Origin: Minisyncoccota bacterium
GTDB taxonomy: Bacteria > Patescibacteriota > Minisyncoccia > Moranbacterales > UBA2206
Assembly: GCA_031291955.1 (NCBI GenBank)
Contig: JARLIA010000011.1
Location: 6,511-70,510, forward strand
Length of the DNA stretch: 64,000 nucleotides
Direction: 5' to 3'
Shown here: piece after piece, positions 46,601-56,136 of the stretch
Layout of the letters: each line of letters begins with the position of its first letter
How positions within the stretch are numbered: the first letter of the stretch is position 1
Notes under the pieces: model-generated
Told to the model about the DNA's origin: nothing
Database searches by the model: none
What the model saw: only the letters and a program-made list of their open reading frames with translations
Made by a program: the position numbers and the translations under genes

Positions 46601-46841
46601 AAATTATATAACTAATAATAAAAATCACTATCGTATTTGGGAAAGGATAAGACATCGCCCATATCACGAAATTAAGGGAACGGAAATAGGCAAAAGAATG
46701 AAACACATAGTCGATCTGAACAGAAGGATTTTGGGAACCGGAAAAATCAGGATAGGCCATAACGATACGCCGAATAAAATATTGGCGTACATCACCAAAA
46801 ATTCGATCGACCACGAAATGGCATTCAGGAATGCGGCCTGA
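43665..46841 (+). CDS. Large (1058 aa) coiled-coil membrane protein of unknown function
   Basis: Charged N-terminal coiled coil; two central hydrophobic segments; His/Pro-rich C-terminal region. Confidence 0.5.
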   Translation: MEETERKKIIRIKPGERKKQPAVDLGVAGGITPAEKDFKEKVAGRVQVKQDEINNLIYERIAKDQLPDNGGEDLFKKKRIEQLTKEIEELNKRVQQSYKMENYTVRKSGNVEPDVEKMVLEKEAEIRKLEKEIGGNEIDNPKPGEEQGTVPGGVQAIEKDEESVRDKEDNKATDEPQLPKPATVEAGQDNEAQAAENISKANSFDELRSEIERIGIINGSKENFSAADLNRIITTAELFFEKNPDQFTFTKEALLGSLVAITGTFGIRDKVIELVLKRHAELHENNEVIENEAVNSNRESAQEKDEEKKDWDGRYAKPEEIIDAEFKEVEPLRITDQNFRGENAEKLNQLENELDHLRKEYLEVDYKKNTGYKRLGKIFGRSFQNKESKLVENDQDIAWYRAHYDDKLMDYKSALLDDWKVKGSTPERLAEIAKIFETEANINMADGHTRTKVEHQEGRMGKGMVDLMDKTIRNYRNLSFKQKLAISAAFGIAGVGAGLTGSAFLIGGAATAATIRRFFLGTVTGTSAALSAESMTQRNREKSVEKNTAKLVKQFEGKAPKEIEELARERINGLIYDEDQKINTIKNKNLRNLGVGIGVGLASALAVPEFMKHGKEWISHAGIGEKIAGVFGYHHAGSVKLGGGILDHKNHPNLSHNPAGHAAGTHAGAPVHETPKVAPKALAGHEVSPSSRAPVGSVHAPEAPVNKVVPPYKITPEGVHQQPVPKITPPGAEHMQPEVKIPSGANAHEAAKNIVTIKQGGSIERILTDKGTSPGEAHRMVFRSATEKAKEAAAASGRSWNELSKAAKHRLIEGEMKKMNLVHAGDKIEISPDGKNFSLERIPKTEWPKAPIYHAAGHNIENDHSTGAQHAAETAKVPPVAEHVPKIHPNPVEFSEKLHPGGPPPHLPVKEVEALRHQPRPSAESIIKRLHETGSRPSAENVMRGFHSAHPLRPVDVRFIGKAGIVPGQNFNERGSHFLNYITNNKNHYRIWERIRHRPYHEIKGTEIGKRMKHIVDLNRRILGTGKIRIGHNDTPNKILAYITKNSIDHEMAFRNAA

Positions 46842-46899
46842 TTTCCGTCAACAGCGCTGAAACAATTTGACAATATAACAATTTAACAATCCAAAATTT

Positions 46900-47217
46900 A
46901 TGACCGATCAAAATCAAGCACCTTCCGATCAAACTGATTTGCAAAAAACCCTGATCGACGAATTGGGGCTGGCAAGCCTCCCGCAAGAAAAACAGGAAGA
47001 ATTGCTCGTCAAAATGACGGAAGTGGTTTTGAAGCGCATCTTTGTCGAGACGATGGAGAAATTGTCTGAGACCGACCAAGAAACTTATGCTAAAATGATA
47101 GATGAGAACACTCCGCCGGAAGAGCTGGAGAAATTCCTGATGGAAAAGATTGCCAACTATGACGAGTTGGTGAAGAAAGTGGTCGATGGTTTTCGGGCGG
47201 AGATGCTAAAAGAATAA
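46900..47217 (+). CDS. Small acidic hypothetical protein
   Basis: 105 aa, Glu-rich, no motifs. Confidence 0.35.
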   Translation: MTDQNQAPSDQTDLQKTLIDELGLASLPQEKQEELLVKMTEVVLKRIFVETMEKLSETDQETYAKMIDENTPPEELEKFLMEKIANYDELVKKVVDGFRAEMLKE

Positions 47218-47372
47218 TTTCTAATTTTCAATTTCTAATTTCTAAACAATTTCCAATGCTTCAATGACTAAATTTTCAAACGTTTAATAACTTGAAAAAA
47301 TTATTGAACTGTTTGTTTCGCTATGCGAGATCTGGTGCAGCCAGAAAAATTGAAAATTGAAAATTGAAAATT
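47216..47372. repeat. MITE-like (GAAAATT)n element, copy 2
   Basis: Same arms as 29066-29198, with a different ~70-nt centre. Confidence 0.6.
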
Positions 47373-47380
47373 ATAGCGCT

Positions 47381-47866
47381 ATGCCAGACGAAACAAAATC
47401 AAACTTAGAGCCGATCGATGAGTCTGGTTTAGATCTCAAAGACAAATTTGTCGGAGGGTCGGCGGCCGAAGCGAAGGTTGAGAGCGTTGGGCTGGGGGAA
47501 GAAGCGGCGCCGGAAGCGAAGATTGAGGAAATCCATTCTATTGAAGGCGCGGTTGAAAGAAAAGAGGGCGCGGCCGAAAAGGAAGCGGCCTATTCCAAAA
47601 TCCTCTCCAAGATTGGATCGCAAACTCACACGCCGACGACCGACGACGACGTCAAAACCGACGCGGCGACAGTTGCGGGCGGAGCGGACGCCGAAAGTCG
47701 GATCACGAACTTGGTGAATATCGCCGAAGTGAAAGGCATCCCGCACGCCGTGAAAGTCGCCCGGCACATGGAGGATAATTATACCCTGGACGAATTTCAC
47801 GATCGCCTCTTGGGCGCGGAATTGCATGACGCGCTGGTTGCAAAGGGGATGATAAAAGAAATATAA
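47381..47866 (+). CDS. Acidic hypothetical protein (the alternative ATG at 47357 lies inside the heptamer repeat)
   Basis: Glu/Ala-rich; no motifs. Confidence 0.35.
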   Translation: MPDETKSNLEPIDESGLDLKDKFVGGSAAEAKVESVGLGEEAAPEAKIEEIHSIEGAVERKEGAAEKEAAYSKILSKIGSQTHTPTTDDDVKTDAATVAGGADAESRITNLVNIAEVKGIPHAVKVARHMEDNYTLDEFHDRLLGAELHDALVAKGMIKEI

Positions 47867-47960
47867 AAAATCAAAATCAGAGCCACTGATTCTCACATGA
47901 TTATCCCGATTGCACTGAAATAAAATTCATGTGAAATCATGTGCAAATCAGTGAGAATCA

Positions 47961-50471
47961 GTGGTTCAGACAATGCAAGTGTTTGATATAAACGCAATCT
48001 TGGTTACTCTTATCTTTATCTCCGCCACCGCTTCACTTATCAGTGGCGCGCTTTTGGTGGCGCGGAGTTATTTGGCTTTTCGTTCGCAGATCAACCAGTC
48101 CATGAATCTGGATCTGGAAATCATCCGCGTTTCCAAAAACGAAAAACCGGAAAGCGCGGAAGGGTGGAAGTCCAATGAAGTCTGGAAAGAAGAAATTGGA
48201 GCGATGGAGCAGCTCTTGACCGCCCTTTCGGCCATGAAGGACACGCGCGGACTCTGGAGTCGCCTGCTTTACGGTTCTCCCTGCATAAGTCTCGAAATTG
48301 CCAATTCGGCCAGCAGCGAGGAAATTGTTTTCTATATCGCCCTCCCGCGGAAATTCCGGGAATCAATCGAAAAACAAGTCCACAGCTTTTTCCCTAACGC
48401 TGTTATGGAGCAGAGTCGGGATTATAATATCTTTTTCCCGGGCAGTGTCACGACTTCCGCTACTTTGAAGCTAAAACACCGACATGCTTTGCCAGTCCGA
48501 ACTTATGAGAACATGGAAGTTGATCCGCTTTCTGCTATTACTAATGCTCTCTCCAAATTGGAAGTGAAGAATGAAGGAGCGGCCATCCAGCTGATCTTGA
48601 AACCGGCTGGCACCGAGTGGCGGACGCACGGGCGCCGAATTGCCCATGAGATGCAGCAGGGGAAACGCCTGAAAGATGTTGACCGCTCGATGGCCATGAA
48701 GGTCGGCGCGGGCATGATGAGCGCCGCTTCGAGCGCCATGGCCACGCAAAAAAAAGACGATCCGTTCAAAAACGATCCAAAACCGGTGCAACTTACGCCG
48801 GAAGAACAGGAGCTGGTGAAATCCATCGAAATGAAAGCCTCGAAAACCGGCTACCACGTCAACATCCGTCTGGTTGCTTCGGCTGCCACTTTGGAACGCT
48901 CGCAAATGATTCTGGCCCAGATGGAAAACGCTTTTTCGCAATATGAAAATGGCGACACCAATTCTTTCCGCATTCAAAAGCGGGGCGGGAAAAAAGAAGT
49001 GGCCTACAATTTTATCTTTCGGAATTTCATTCCTGAGGAAGCGGTTATTCTTAACAATGAAGAGATTGCCAGTATTTTTCACTTGCCTATTTCCACCACC
49101 GAAACGCCTAAGATTAAATGGCTGAAGTCCAATGCCGCCGCGCCGCCGCTGGATATTCCCTCGGAAGACACGCCAGGGGCGATTCTTCTGGGCTACAACG
49201 ACTATCGCGGCACCAAAACGCCGATCCGGATTTTGGACAAAGATCGCCGGAGACATCTCTATACGATCGGACAGACTGGTACTGGGAAGTCTACGTTTTT
49301 GCAGGAAATGGCCAAGCAAGACGCTCGGGCCGGTCGCGGGTTTTGTTTTATCGATCCGCACGGCGACGCGATTGAAGATATTTTGACCGCTATTCCCAAA
49401 GAGCGCGCGGAAGACGTAATCATTTTTGATCCGTCGGATATTGAGCGTCCTTTTGGTCTTAATATGATGGAATATGATCCGGCCTGGCCAGAGCAAAAAA
49501 CTTTCGTCATCAATGAGCTGATCGGAATTTTCGACCAGCTTTATGATTTGAAATCGACCGGCGGGCCGATGTTTGAGCAATATATGCGAAACGCCATGCT
49601 TTTGGTGATGGATGATCCGGAATCAGGGAATACGCTTATGGAAATTCCGAAAGTGCTGGCGGACGAGCAATTCCGGGCGATGAAGATCAAAAAATGCACC
49701 AACCCGACGGTGGTAGATTTCTGGGTGAACGAAGCCGAGAAGGCGGGCGGGGAAGCGGCTCTCGCCAATATGGTGCCATACATCACTTCCAAACTCACAA
49801 CTTTCATCTCGAATGACTTGATGCGCCCGATCATCGCCCAGCAAAAATCGACCATCAATTTCCGGGACGTTATGGACAACAAAAAAATCTTGCTCATTAA
49901 TCTTTCCAAAGGCAAGATCGGGGAAATCAACGCGCGCCTGCTCGGAATGGTGGTGGTTGGCAAAATTCTGATGAATGCTCTCGCCCGAGCCGATACGCCG
50001 GAAGACCAGCGGACGGATTTTTATCTCTATCTTGATGAGTTTCAGAATGTGACCACCAATTCCATTTCCCAAATTCTTTCCGAAGCGAGAAAATACCGCT
50101 TGGTTCTCGTCTTGGCTCATCAGTTTATCGCGCAACTGAAGGAAGAAATTTCGAAAGCCGTTTTCGGCAACGTCGGCTCAATGATGATTTTCCGGGTTGG
50201 CGCGGAAGATGCCGAATTTTTGGAGAAGAATTTCCTGCCGACTTTCGGGAAACAGGATCTCGTCAATGTGGATAATCGCCAAGGCTTTGCCCGAATTTTG
50301 ATCAATGACCTGCTCACTAAACCTTTTAATATGGCCACTTATCCGCCGACTCGCGGCGACTTGGAGGTGGCCAACGCCTTAAAAGAACTTTCGCGTTTGA
50401 AATACGGCCGTGACAAAAACATCGTCAACCGGGAAATAATGGACCGGACGAAACTGAAAGCGGCGGTTTAG
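47961..50471 (+). CDS. TraD/VirD4/TrwB-like (type IV coupling protein family, FtsK-HerA superfamily) membrane-anchored ATPase
   Basis: N-terminal TM segment. Walker A YTIGQTGTGKST, then FIDPHGD. Walker B YLYLDEFQNV. SEARKYRLVLVLAHQ resembles the T4CP RKYG motif. Confidence 0.6.
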   Translation: MVQTMQVFDINAILVTLIFISATASLISGALLVARSYLAFRSQINQSMNLDLEIIRVSKNEKPESAEGWKSNEVWKEEIGAMEQLLTALSAMKDTRGLWSRLLYGSPCISLEIANSASSEEIVFYIALPRKFRESIEKQVHSFFPNAVMEQSRDYNIFFPGSVTTSATLKLKHRHALPVRTYENMEVDPLSAITNALSKLEVKNEGAAIQLILKPAGTEWRTHGRRIAHEMQQGKRLKDVDRSMAMKVGAGMMSAASSAMATQKKDDPFKNDPKPVQLTPEEQELVKSIEMKASKTGYHVNIRLVASAATLERSQMILAQMENAFSQYENGDTNSFRIQKRGGKKEVAYNFIFRNFIPEEAVILNNEEIASIFHLPISTTETPKIKWLKSNAAAPPLDIPSEDTPGAILLGYNDYRGTKTPIRILDKDRRRHLYTIGQTGTGKSTFLQEMAKQDARAGRGFCFIDPHGDAIEDILTAIPKERAEDVIIFDPSDIERPFGLNMMEYDPAWPEQKTFVINELIGIFDQLYDLKSTGGPMFEQYMRNAMLLVMDDPESGNTLMEIPKVLADEQFRAMKIKKCTNPTVVDFWVNEAEKAGGEAALANMVPYITSKLTTFISNDLMRPIIAQQKSTINFRDVMDNKKILLINLSKGKIGEINARLLGMVVVGKILMNALARADTPEDQRTDFYLYLDEFQNVTTNSISQILSEARKYRLVLVLAHQFIAQLKEEISKAVFGNVGSMMIFRVGAEDAEFLEKNFLPTFGKQDLVNVDNRQGFARILINDLLTKPFNMATYPPTRGDLEVANALKELSRLKYGRDKNIVNREIMDRTKLKAAV

Positions 50472-50514
50472 AAAAATTAATAAAAGTAGTTTAATTCTAT
50501 TTTTAATCAAAAAT

Positions 50515-50862
50515 ATGAAAAGCGAACAATTTAGACCGGAAAAAATCAATAAAAGCGAATGGAAAACTGAAACAGAAAAACACGAAGGCGGTGTTTCTGA
50601 TTTTTTAAAAAACTACCTCGGAAAAGATATTAATGAACGTCCGCGCTATGATTCATCTTTAGAATTGCATTTTTCTGGGACTAACCGTGTCGTGCATGAT
50701 AAAATATCTCAAGGCACGGCGAATGTTGTAAGCGTGAATATTTTTTATGTCAATAATAAGCCTGATCAAATCCATATAGTTTTTGATGGCGAACATCAGG
50801 GGCATAATTTAGACGTATATTTGAAAGGAAAAGCACTTGAAGATTATTTAGGGGAAAAATAA
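50515..50862 (+). CDS. Hypothetical protein
   Basis: 115 aa, no motifs. Confidence 0.3.
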   Translation: MKSEQFRPEKINKSEWKTETEKHEGGVSDFLKNYLGKDINERPRYDSSLELHFSGTNRVVHDKISQGTANVVSVNIFYVNNKPDQIHIVFDGEHQGHNLDVYLKGKALEDYLGEK

Positions 50863-50881
50863 ATAAATAACCAATTATCCA

Positions 50882-51538
50882 ATGCGCAGATTATTTTTAG
50901 ACATCGAAACGCTTCCGGCCGGCCCGGACGATTATGGAAAATTGCAAGTCCTGCACGCCAAGCGGGAAAAGAAAAAAGAAAAAGAAAGTCAGATTGATTT
51001 TGAGCAATATTTGCTTAGCACTTCTTTTGATGGTGCTTTTGGCCGGATTTTGTGCATCGCTTATGCAGTGGACGACGGACCAGTCGAGGTTCTTTCGGCC
51101 GAAGAAAAGGGGGAGGGTGAAATGCTCCGTGAATTTTGGAGCATCGTGGCTGCCATCAGCAAGAAACCCTACAATTCCCAATATCCTGATTATGGCGTGT
51201 GTTTCATCGGCCACAATGTGATGGATTTTGATCTGCGTTTCATCTATCAGCGCTCGATCATCCATGGCGTAAAACCGGCCTATGATTTGCCGTTTGTTCG
51301 CTACCGAAGTTATCCGATTTACGACACGATGAAAGAGTGGGTCAAATGGGCCAACGCCAATGTCGGGCTGGAAGCGCTTTGCCTCGCGCTCGGTGTGCCG
51401 ACGCCCAAAGACGGCATTGATGGTTCGGAAGTCTGGAGTTTCTATCAAAAAGGCAAAGTGGCCGATATCTTGAAATATTGCCAGCGTGACGTCGAAGCCA
51501 CCCGAGCGGTTTATCGGAAGATGAACTTTTTGGAATAG
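50882..51538 (+). CDS. RNase H-like 3'-5' exonuclease (PolB-exonuclease-like DEDD fold)
   Basis: LFLDIETLP (exo I-like), FIGHNVMDFDLRFI (exo II-like), YDTM. Confidence 0.5.
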   Translation: MRRLFLDIETLPAGPDDYGKLQVLHAKREKKKEKESQIDFEQYLLSTSFDGAFGRILCIAYAVDDGPVEVLSAEEKGEGEMLREFWSIVAAISKKPYNSQYPDYGVCFIGHNVMDFDLRFIYQRSIIHGVKPAYDLPFVRYRSYPIYDTMKEWVKWANANVGLEALCLALGVPTPKDGIDGSEVWSFYQKGKVADILKYCQRDVEATRAVYRKMNFLE

Positions 51539-51694
51539 CGCGTTCGGAATAGAATATGCTATAGAATATTCCATAGAGGCCTCTAAAAAAGAAACCCCGC
51601 GTGACTTTGCGGGATAATTTATTTTTGAGCAATTTTTCTAAAACCTTATTTCCAGGTAGTTGTTTCATAACTAAATCTCCGTTGAAAAAACTTA

Positions 51695-54600
51695 TCAGTT
51701 CATCGAAAAACTTTCCACCCGCGTGCCGTCGGTGACGTAAATCTGGCCAGTTGATTCGTCGACAGTGAAATCAACGGCCTTTTTGAAAGTGGCGTCGGCG
51801 TATTGGGAAACGATCTGGCCGTTGGCCTCGAGTTTTGCGACGCGGCCATTGGTTTTGTCGAGGACGTAGATATATTTGTCGCTATTATGCGCGTAAACCT
51901 CGGCGGCTTTGACCGGCGGAATGGTGGCGCCGATTTGGAAATTTTGCTTTTTGCCTTGGAAATATTCGCTTAGATTGCCGGTGGAATCAGTGAGAAAGAC
52001 ATTGCCGTTGACGGCCATGTCTTGGGCTTTGGAAAGATCGGCGTTAGCTTTCAACCAGTCGGTCTTGTCGGTAAAACCGTCAGGGGTACGCGGATAACGG
52101 TAAACCTGATTATTATTCTGATCCAGGACGTAGAGATAGGTGAGATAGGTTTTGGCATAACTCACCGTGGCGTTGGCGGGGAGATTCAGATTTTCCGGCT
52201 GGAATTTCGGAGCCGCCGGGCTCCAGGAAATCATTTGATTTTTGGCGTTTATAAAAAATATCAAATTTAAGTCAGAAAGACCAAGGGAAATTTTGGCCGC
52301 GCCGAAGTCGCCGGGAAAAGGATAAGTTTTTTTGTTTTGGACATCGACCACTTGGCCGGTACTTACGACGAAAATCTTGCCGTTCAGATTTATGAGTCGA
52401 GTGATGCCTGTTCCGGAATAGACGGAAGAAGGATTCAGGGTGCTAGCGCCGTTTTTTGTGTCGGGTGTTGATGTGTTTTGGAGCTGGGTCTGGGCGGGAG
52501 CTTTTTCGACGGCCGCATCGTTTGTTTTAGAGCGGCTATTTTGCCATCTGACAATAAAATACGGGACGATCAAAAGGAAAATGATCGCCAGAATAGCGTA
52601 AAGTTTTTGGGAATAATCAAAACGGGAGGCAGCGTTTTTTATTTTTCTGAAATCGGGAAGTGCTCCGACGGCCGTTTCGCGTTTCGGATATTCTCTATCC
52701 AGAGGAACAGTCGAATTGACCTTTATTAAAGTTGATTCTTCCGGTTCGATTGGGGATGGAGGGGAAACCCTTGCTTTCTCTCGGGAGAATAAATCATCGA
52801 TCCGTCGCGAGTCGACAAAACTGCTTTGTCCTGCAGCGATTGATTTATTGGGAGAAACGGGCGATTGGATGTCTGTGCTTGATTGTTCGACAGGAGCTTT
52901 TGTCAGGATAGAATCAATCCGTTCCAATCCTTCCGGTCGAGCCGGATTTGTCCGGCTGGAAGATGTCATATCCAGACTGGCCGGTTTTGGTCCGGCCGAA
53001 ATCATTTTTTTCTTTATTTGCGGCTGGACTGCTTCGTTAGATTTCAATTCGGAAAGCTTCCGGCCGCCTAATTTTTTGGCGATATTATGGCCGCTTCGAA
53101 AAGCCTCGCCCGGTTTTTCTCCGGTAAATTTTTCCTTAAATAATGAACTTATCCAGCTGTCTTTTTTTGCTTGGTCAGCGATTCCTTCTTTTTGGTAAGT
53201 GACCGGTAAATCGGAAGAAGTTTTCTTTTTTGGTTTGAAGCGGGCCAGTTTTTCTCTAATAATAGGCTTTGCTTTGGCAGAACTTCGACTTGCGAATCTG
53301 GCGGTCGCAAGACCGGCGCTTTTTATTCGGGCGACAGCGGCGCCGCTGGTCACGCTGATTTTTGAAGCGATCGGAGCGGCGTTGACCCTGACTATTTTGA
53401 GATAATTCTTGTAATGAGATGTCTTATTTTTTTCCGGGGCGGCTTCGGAGGTTCGGACCTCGGAAAGAATAGCCTGGGCTTCTTCGGAAGAAATATTCCT
53501 AGTTGGAACAAGCGGCTCTTTCGCTGAAAACGTTTCTTCTTTTTGCCGGCGCGGTTCAATCGGTATTTTTTCTTCATTATCGTCTTCTTCTTCCAAGAAA
53601 ATTCCTGTCCAATTCATTTGGCGTATTTTCCGCCCAAAAGCGCCTAAATTTCTGAAAGTTTTTTCTCCTAAGCTGGAAGTTTTAGAAGTTATGCTTCCCA
53701 CGATTTCTGAGAGTTTGGAGGTCTCATCATAGGGAAATTGGTCTTCTTTGATGTAGATGTGGCCGGTTTTCTTGTCGACGAAATTACCGTTGTTTTTTTC
53801 AATATCGTTTTTCAGTTCTGAGACCAGTTCTTGTTTTTCCTGGTTTCCAATGGCTGATTCGGGCGCGGCAGCGACCTTTTCCGGTTTCGGAGCGGTCTTG
53901 GAAAAAGCCTGCTGACTGAAGGCGTTTAGCTTTTTCGGCCGGCGCGTTTGTGCTTCCGCGACATCATCGTCCTTTTCCGCAAAATCCACAACTAGAACGG
54001 CCGCACGAGGAAGCTCGTTAACTAGGGCCGTGTGAAGAAAGCGGGTGAATTCTTCGGGAGAAAATTTGATTGCGCTCCGTTTGATTTCTTCGAAAGAAAA
54101 AATATCAAAGATGCCATCAGTAGTGATGATTAAGCGATCATCTTTTTCGAGGCGGCCCGAAAGGACGTCTACGAAAGTTTTTAGCGGATTGGGCGTGTTT
54201 CCGGTTTTTTCTCCGTCGGTAATGTCGGCCAAAACTTTTCCACGAAGAAGAAAAGCTCGCGCGCTGCCGGCTTGGGAAAGATGGACATTTCGTTTTTCAA
54301 TCACGAAAATGAGGGCATGGAGATGTCCGAGCCAGTTGACATTTCCATGCTCGGCCAGTTTCGCGAGAGCTAGGTTGGCTTTGTGAAGGGCTGCTTCCAA
54401 GCTTTCCACTGCTCCGCGTTTGACTTTGAGATAGTATTCCTTCTTAATAATGGAAACCAGATAGTTGACGACATAGGACGAATCTTCCGATTGGTCGGTG
54501 ATTTCGAAGATGCCGGCCAATGTTCCTAGTCCAGCCTCGGCTATGTTTTCCGGTTCTTGGACGAAGGTCTCGATATAGGGGCGAAAATCACTTTTTTCGC

Positions 54601-54712
54601 ACACCAAAATATCCTTGAAGTTCGCTTCAAGGGGGAGGATTTTTTTATCAGTCTTTTTTTTGGGCATATTCGGTCGAAGTATTTTAATGGAGGCGTAAAA
54701 AAACGCAAGCAC
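51695..54712 (-). CDS. Large PP2C-type (SpoIIE-like) serine/threonine phosphatase with a long low-complexity region, TM anchor and C-terminal beta-propeller (NHL-like) repeats
   Basis: N-terminal PP2C-like block ...LHALIFVIEKRNVHLSQAGSARAFLLRGK...IITTDGIFD. C-terminal repeated YIYVLD / IYVTDG strands. Confidence 0.5.
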   Translation of the reverse strand: MLAFFYASIKILRPNMPKKKTDKKILPLEANFKDILVCEKSDFRPYIETFVQEPENIAEAGLGTLAGIFEITDQSEDSSYVVNYLVSIIKKEYYLKVKRGAVESLEAALHKANLALAKLAEHGNVNWLGHLHALIFVIEKRNVHLSQAGSARAFLLRGKVLADITDGEKTGNTPNPLKTFVDVLSGRLEKDDRLIITTDGIFDIFSFEEIKRSAIKFSPEEFTRFLHTALVNELPRAAVLVVDFAEKDDDVAEAQTRRPKKLNAFSQQAFSKTAPKPEKVAAAPESAIGNQEKQELVSELKNDIEKNNGNFVDKKTGHIYIKEDQFPYDETSKLSEIVGSITSKTSSLGEKTFRNLGAFGRKIRQMNWTGIFLEEEDDNEEKIPIEPRRQKEETFSAKEPLVPTRNISSEEAQAILSEVRTSEAAPEKNKTSHYKNYLKIVRVNAAPIASKISVTSGAAVARIKSAGLATARFASRSSAKAKPIIREKLARFKPKKKTSSDLPVTYQKEGIADQAKKDSWISSLFKEKFTGEKPGEAFRSGHNIAKKLGGRKLSELKSNEAVQPQIKKKMISAGPKPASLDMTSSSRTNPARPEGLERIDSILTKAPVEQSSTDIQSPVSPNKSIAAGQSSFVDSRRIDDLFSREKARVSPPSPIEPEESTLIKVNSTVPLDREYPKRETAVGALPDFRKIKNAASRFDYSQKLYAILAIIFLLIVPYFIVRWQNSRSKTNDAAVEKAPAQTQLQNTSTPDTKNGASTLNPSSVYSGTGITRLINLNGKIFVVSTGQVVDVQNKKTYPFPGDFGAAKISLGLSDLNLIFFINAKNQMISWSPAAPKFQPENLNLPANATVSYAKTYLTYLYVLDQNNNQVYRYPRTPDGFTDKTDWLKANADLSKAQDMAVNGNVFLTDSTGNLSEYFQGKKQNFQIGATIPPVKAAEVYAHNSDKYIYVLDKTNGRVAKLEANGQIVSQYADATFKKAVDFTVDESTGQIYVTDGTRVESFSMN

Positions 54713-55004
54713 CCGTCCGGCGCAATAGCTCGGGATTTGCCATAATTATAGCAGAAAAATGAAATAGTAAAAAGTTTCAGCGGTATTAATAATTTAGAAA
54801 CGGTGCGAAGCCGGGAGAAATGCAGAAAAAGCCAATTGTGGGATGAGTTGCCATATTTTAATAATATTATATAATTTATCTGGACAGGGGTGGTGTTATT
54901 TTCTAAGATTATCGTGTTGCCGGGTTTTTTTTCGCCGACAAAATTGTTAAATAATAATATTTTTCTCATGACATTTGTGCGCAGGAGGTATGGGAGACGC
55001 TTAA

Positions 55005-55790
55005 ATGTTAAATAATGGATTAAGGATGTTGGAAAACGAAATTGTCAAATTAGGTCTTTCGGAAAAAGAAGCCAAAGTTTATTTGGCCTCGCTTGAGCTT
55101 GGCCCGTCGCCAGTGCAAGCTATCGCTCAAAAATCCCAAGTCAATCGCGCTACGACCTACGTGGTGATCGACAGTCTGATGAATATGGGGCTGATGTCGA
55201 CATACAACGAAGGAAAAAAAACCTATTTTGTTTCCGAGGGGCCGGAACGTCTTTTAGAATTACTTAATGATCAGGAGTATAAAGTAAAAAACAAAATAAA
55301 AATACTGGGGAAAAAAATGCCAGAATTAAAAATCCTATTCAATAGCAAGCCCGATAAGCCAGTAGTAAAATATTACGAAGGTGTTGAGGGGTTGCGCTCG
55401 GTTCAGATGGATTTCGTGAATACGCTTAGCGCGGGAGATGAAATTTATGCCTTTATCCCCCTGGATGATTATTTTAAGACTAATTTAAAAGACAAAGTGG
55501 CAGACATAACCCAAAAAAGATTTCAAAAAAAAATTCGGATGAAAATTATTTACTCCACTCCCAATGGCCGCCAGCTTGAGTATGAAAAACAAGAAGGAAA
55601 GAATTTGAAAGAATACTTGTATATAGATTACAGTAAGTTCCCTTTTCGGTGTGGAATAAACATTTATGGCAGTAAGGTGTTTATGATTGATTATCTTGGA
55701 AGAATGGGAGGAATAGTCATCGAAAATAAGACTATTTCTGATATGCTGAGGATGCTCTTTGGAATGATTTGGGATAAATATAAAAAATAA
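55005..55790 (+). CDS. TrmB-family HTH transcriptional regulator
   Basis: LGLSEKEAKVYLASLELGPSPVQAIAQKSQVNRATTYVVIDSLMNMGL winged-helix N-terminus. Confidence 0.65.
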   Translation: MLNNGLRMLENEIVKLGLSEKEAKVYLASLELGPSPVQAIAQKSQVNRATTYVVIDSLMNMGLMSTYNEGKKTYFVSEGPERLLELLNDQEYKVKNKIKILGKKMPELKILFNSKPDKPVVKYYEGVEGLRSVQMDFVNTLSAGDEIYAFIPLDDYFKTNLKDKVADITQKRFQKKIRMKIIYSTPNGRQLEYEKQEGKNLKEYLYIDYSKFPFRCGINIYGSKVFMIDYLGRMGGIVIENKTISDMLRMLFGMIWDKYKK

Positions 55791-56136
55791 TCCCGGCTGT
55801 TTTTTTCCGTAAAATTTATTTTTCGGAGAAAAGTGGTCAGGAAATTGGCTTTAAACCAATAGGGTTAATGAAAGCCGGAATTTCTCTGATTGCGAGGCAA
55901 GTTTATCTGGTTTATCTGGAAAATCTAAATCAAACTTTCCAAATGCGGAAATTTGCGTTTGGATTTTGTCAGGAGGATGAAATGGAAGGCTAACATTTTC
56001 TTTGTCGGAGGGGGAATTGATGGAGTCGTAGTACGAGGAGAAGAGAAGGGGGACGTGGAGTGATTAGCTTTAGCTATTAAAACTCCAAAAGGCAGTTAAC
56101 CCGGGCGGAACCACATTATTTGGTTTCCGCCCTAAC

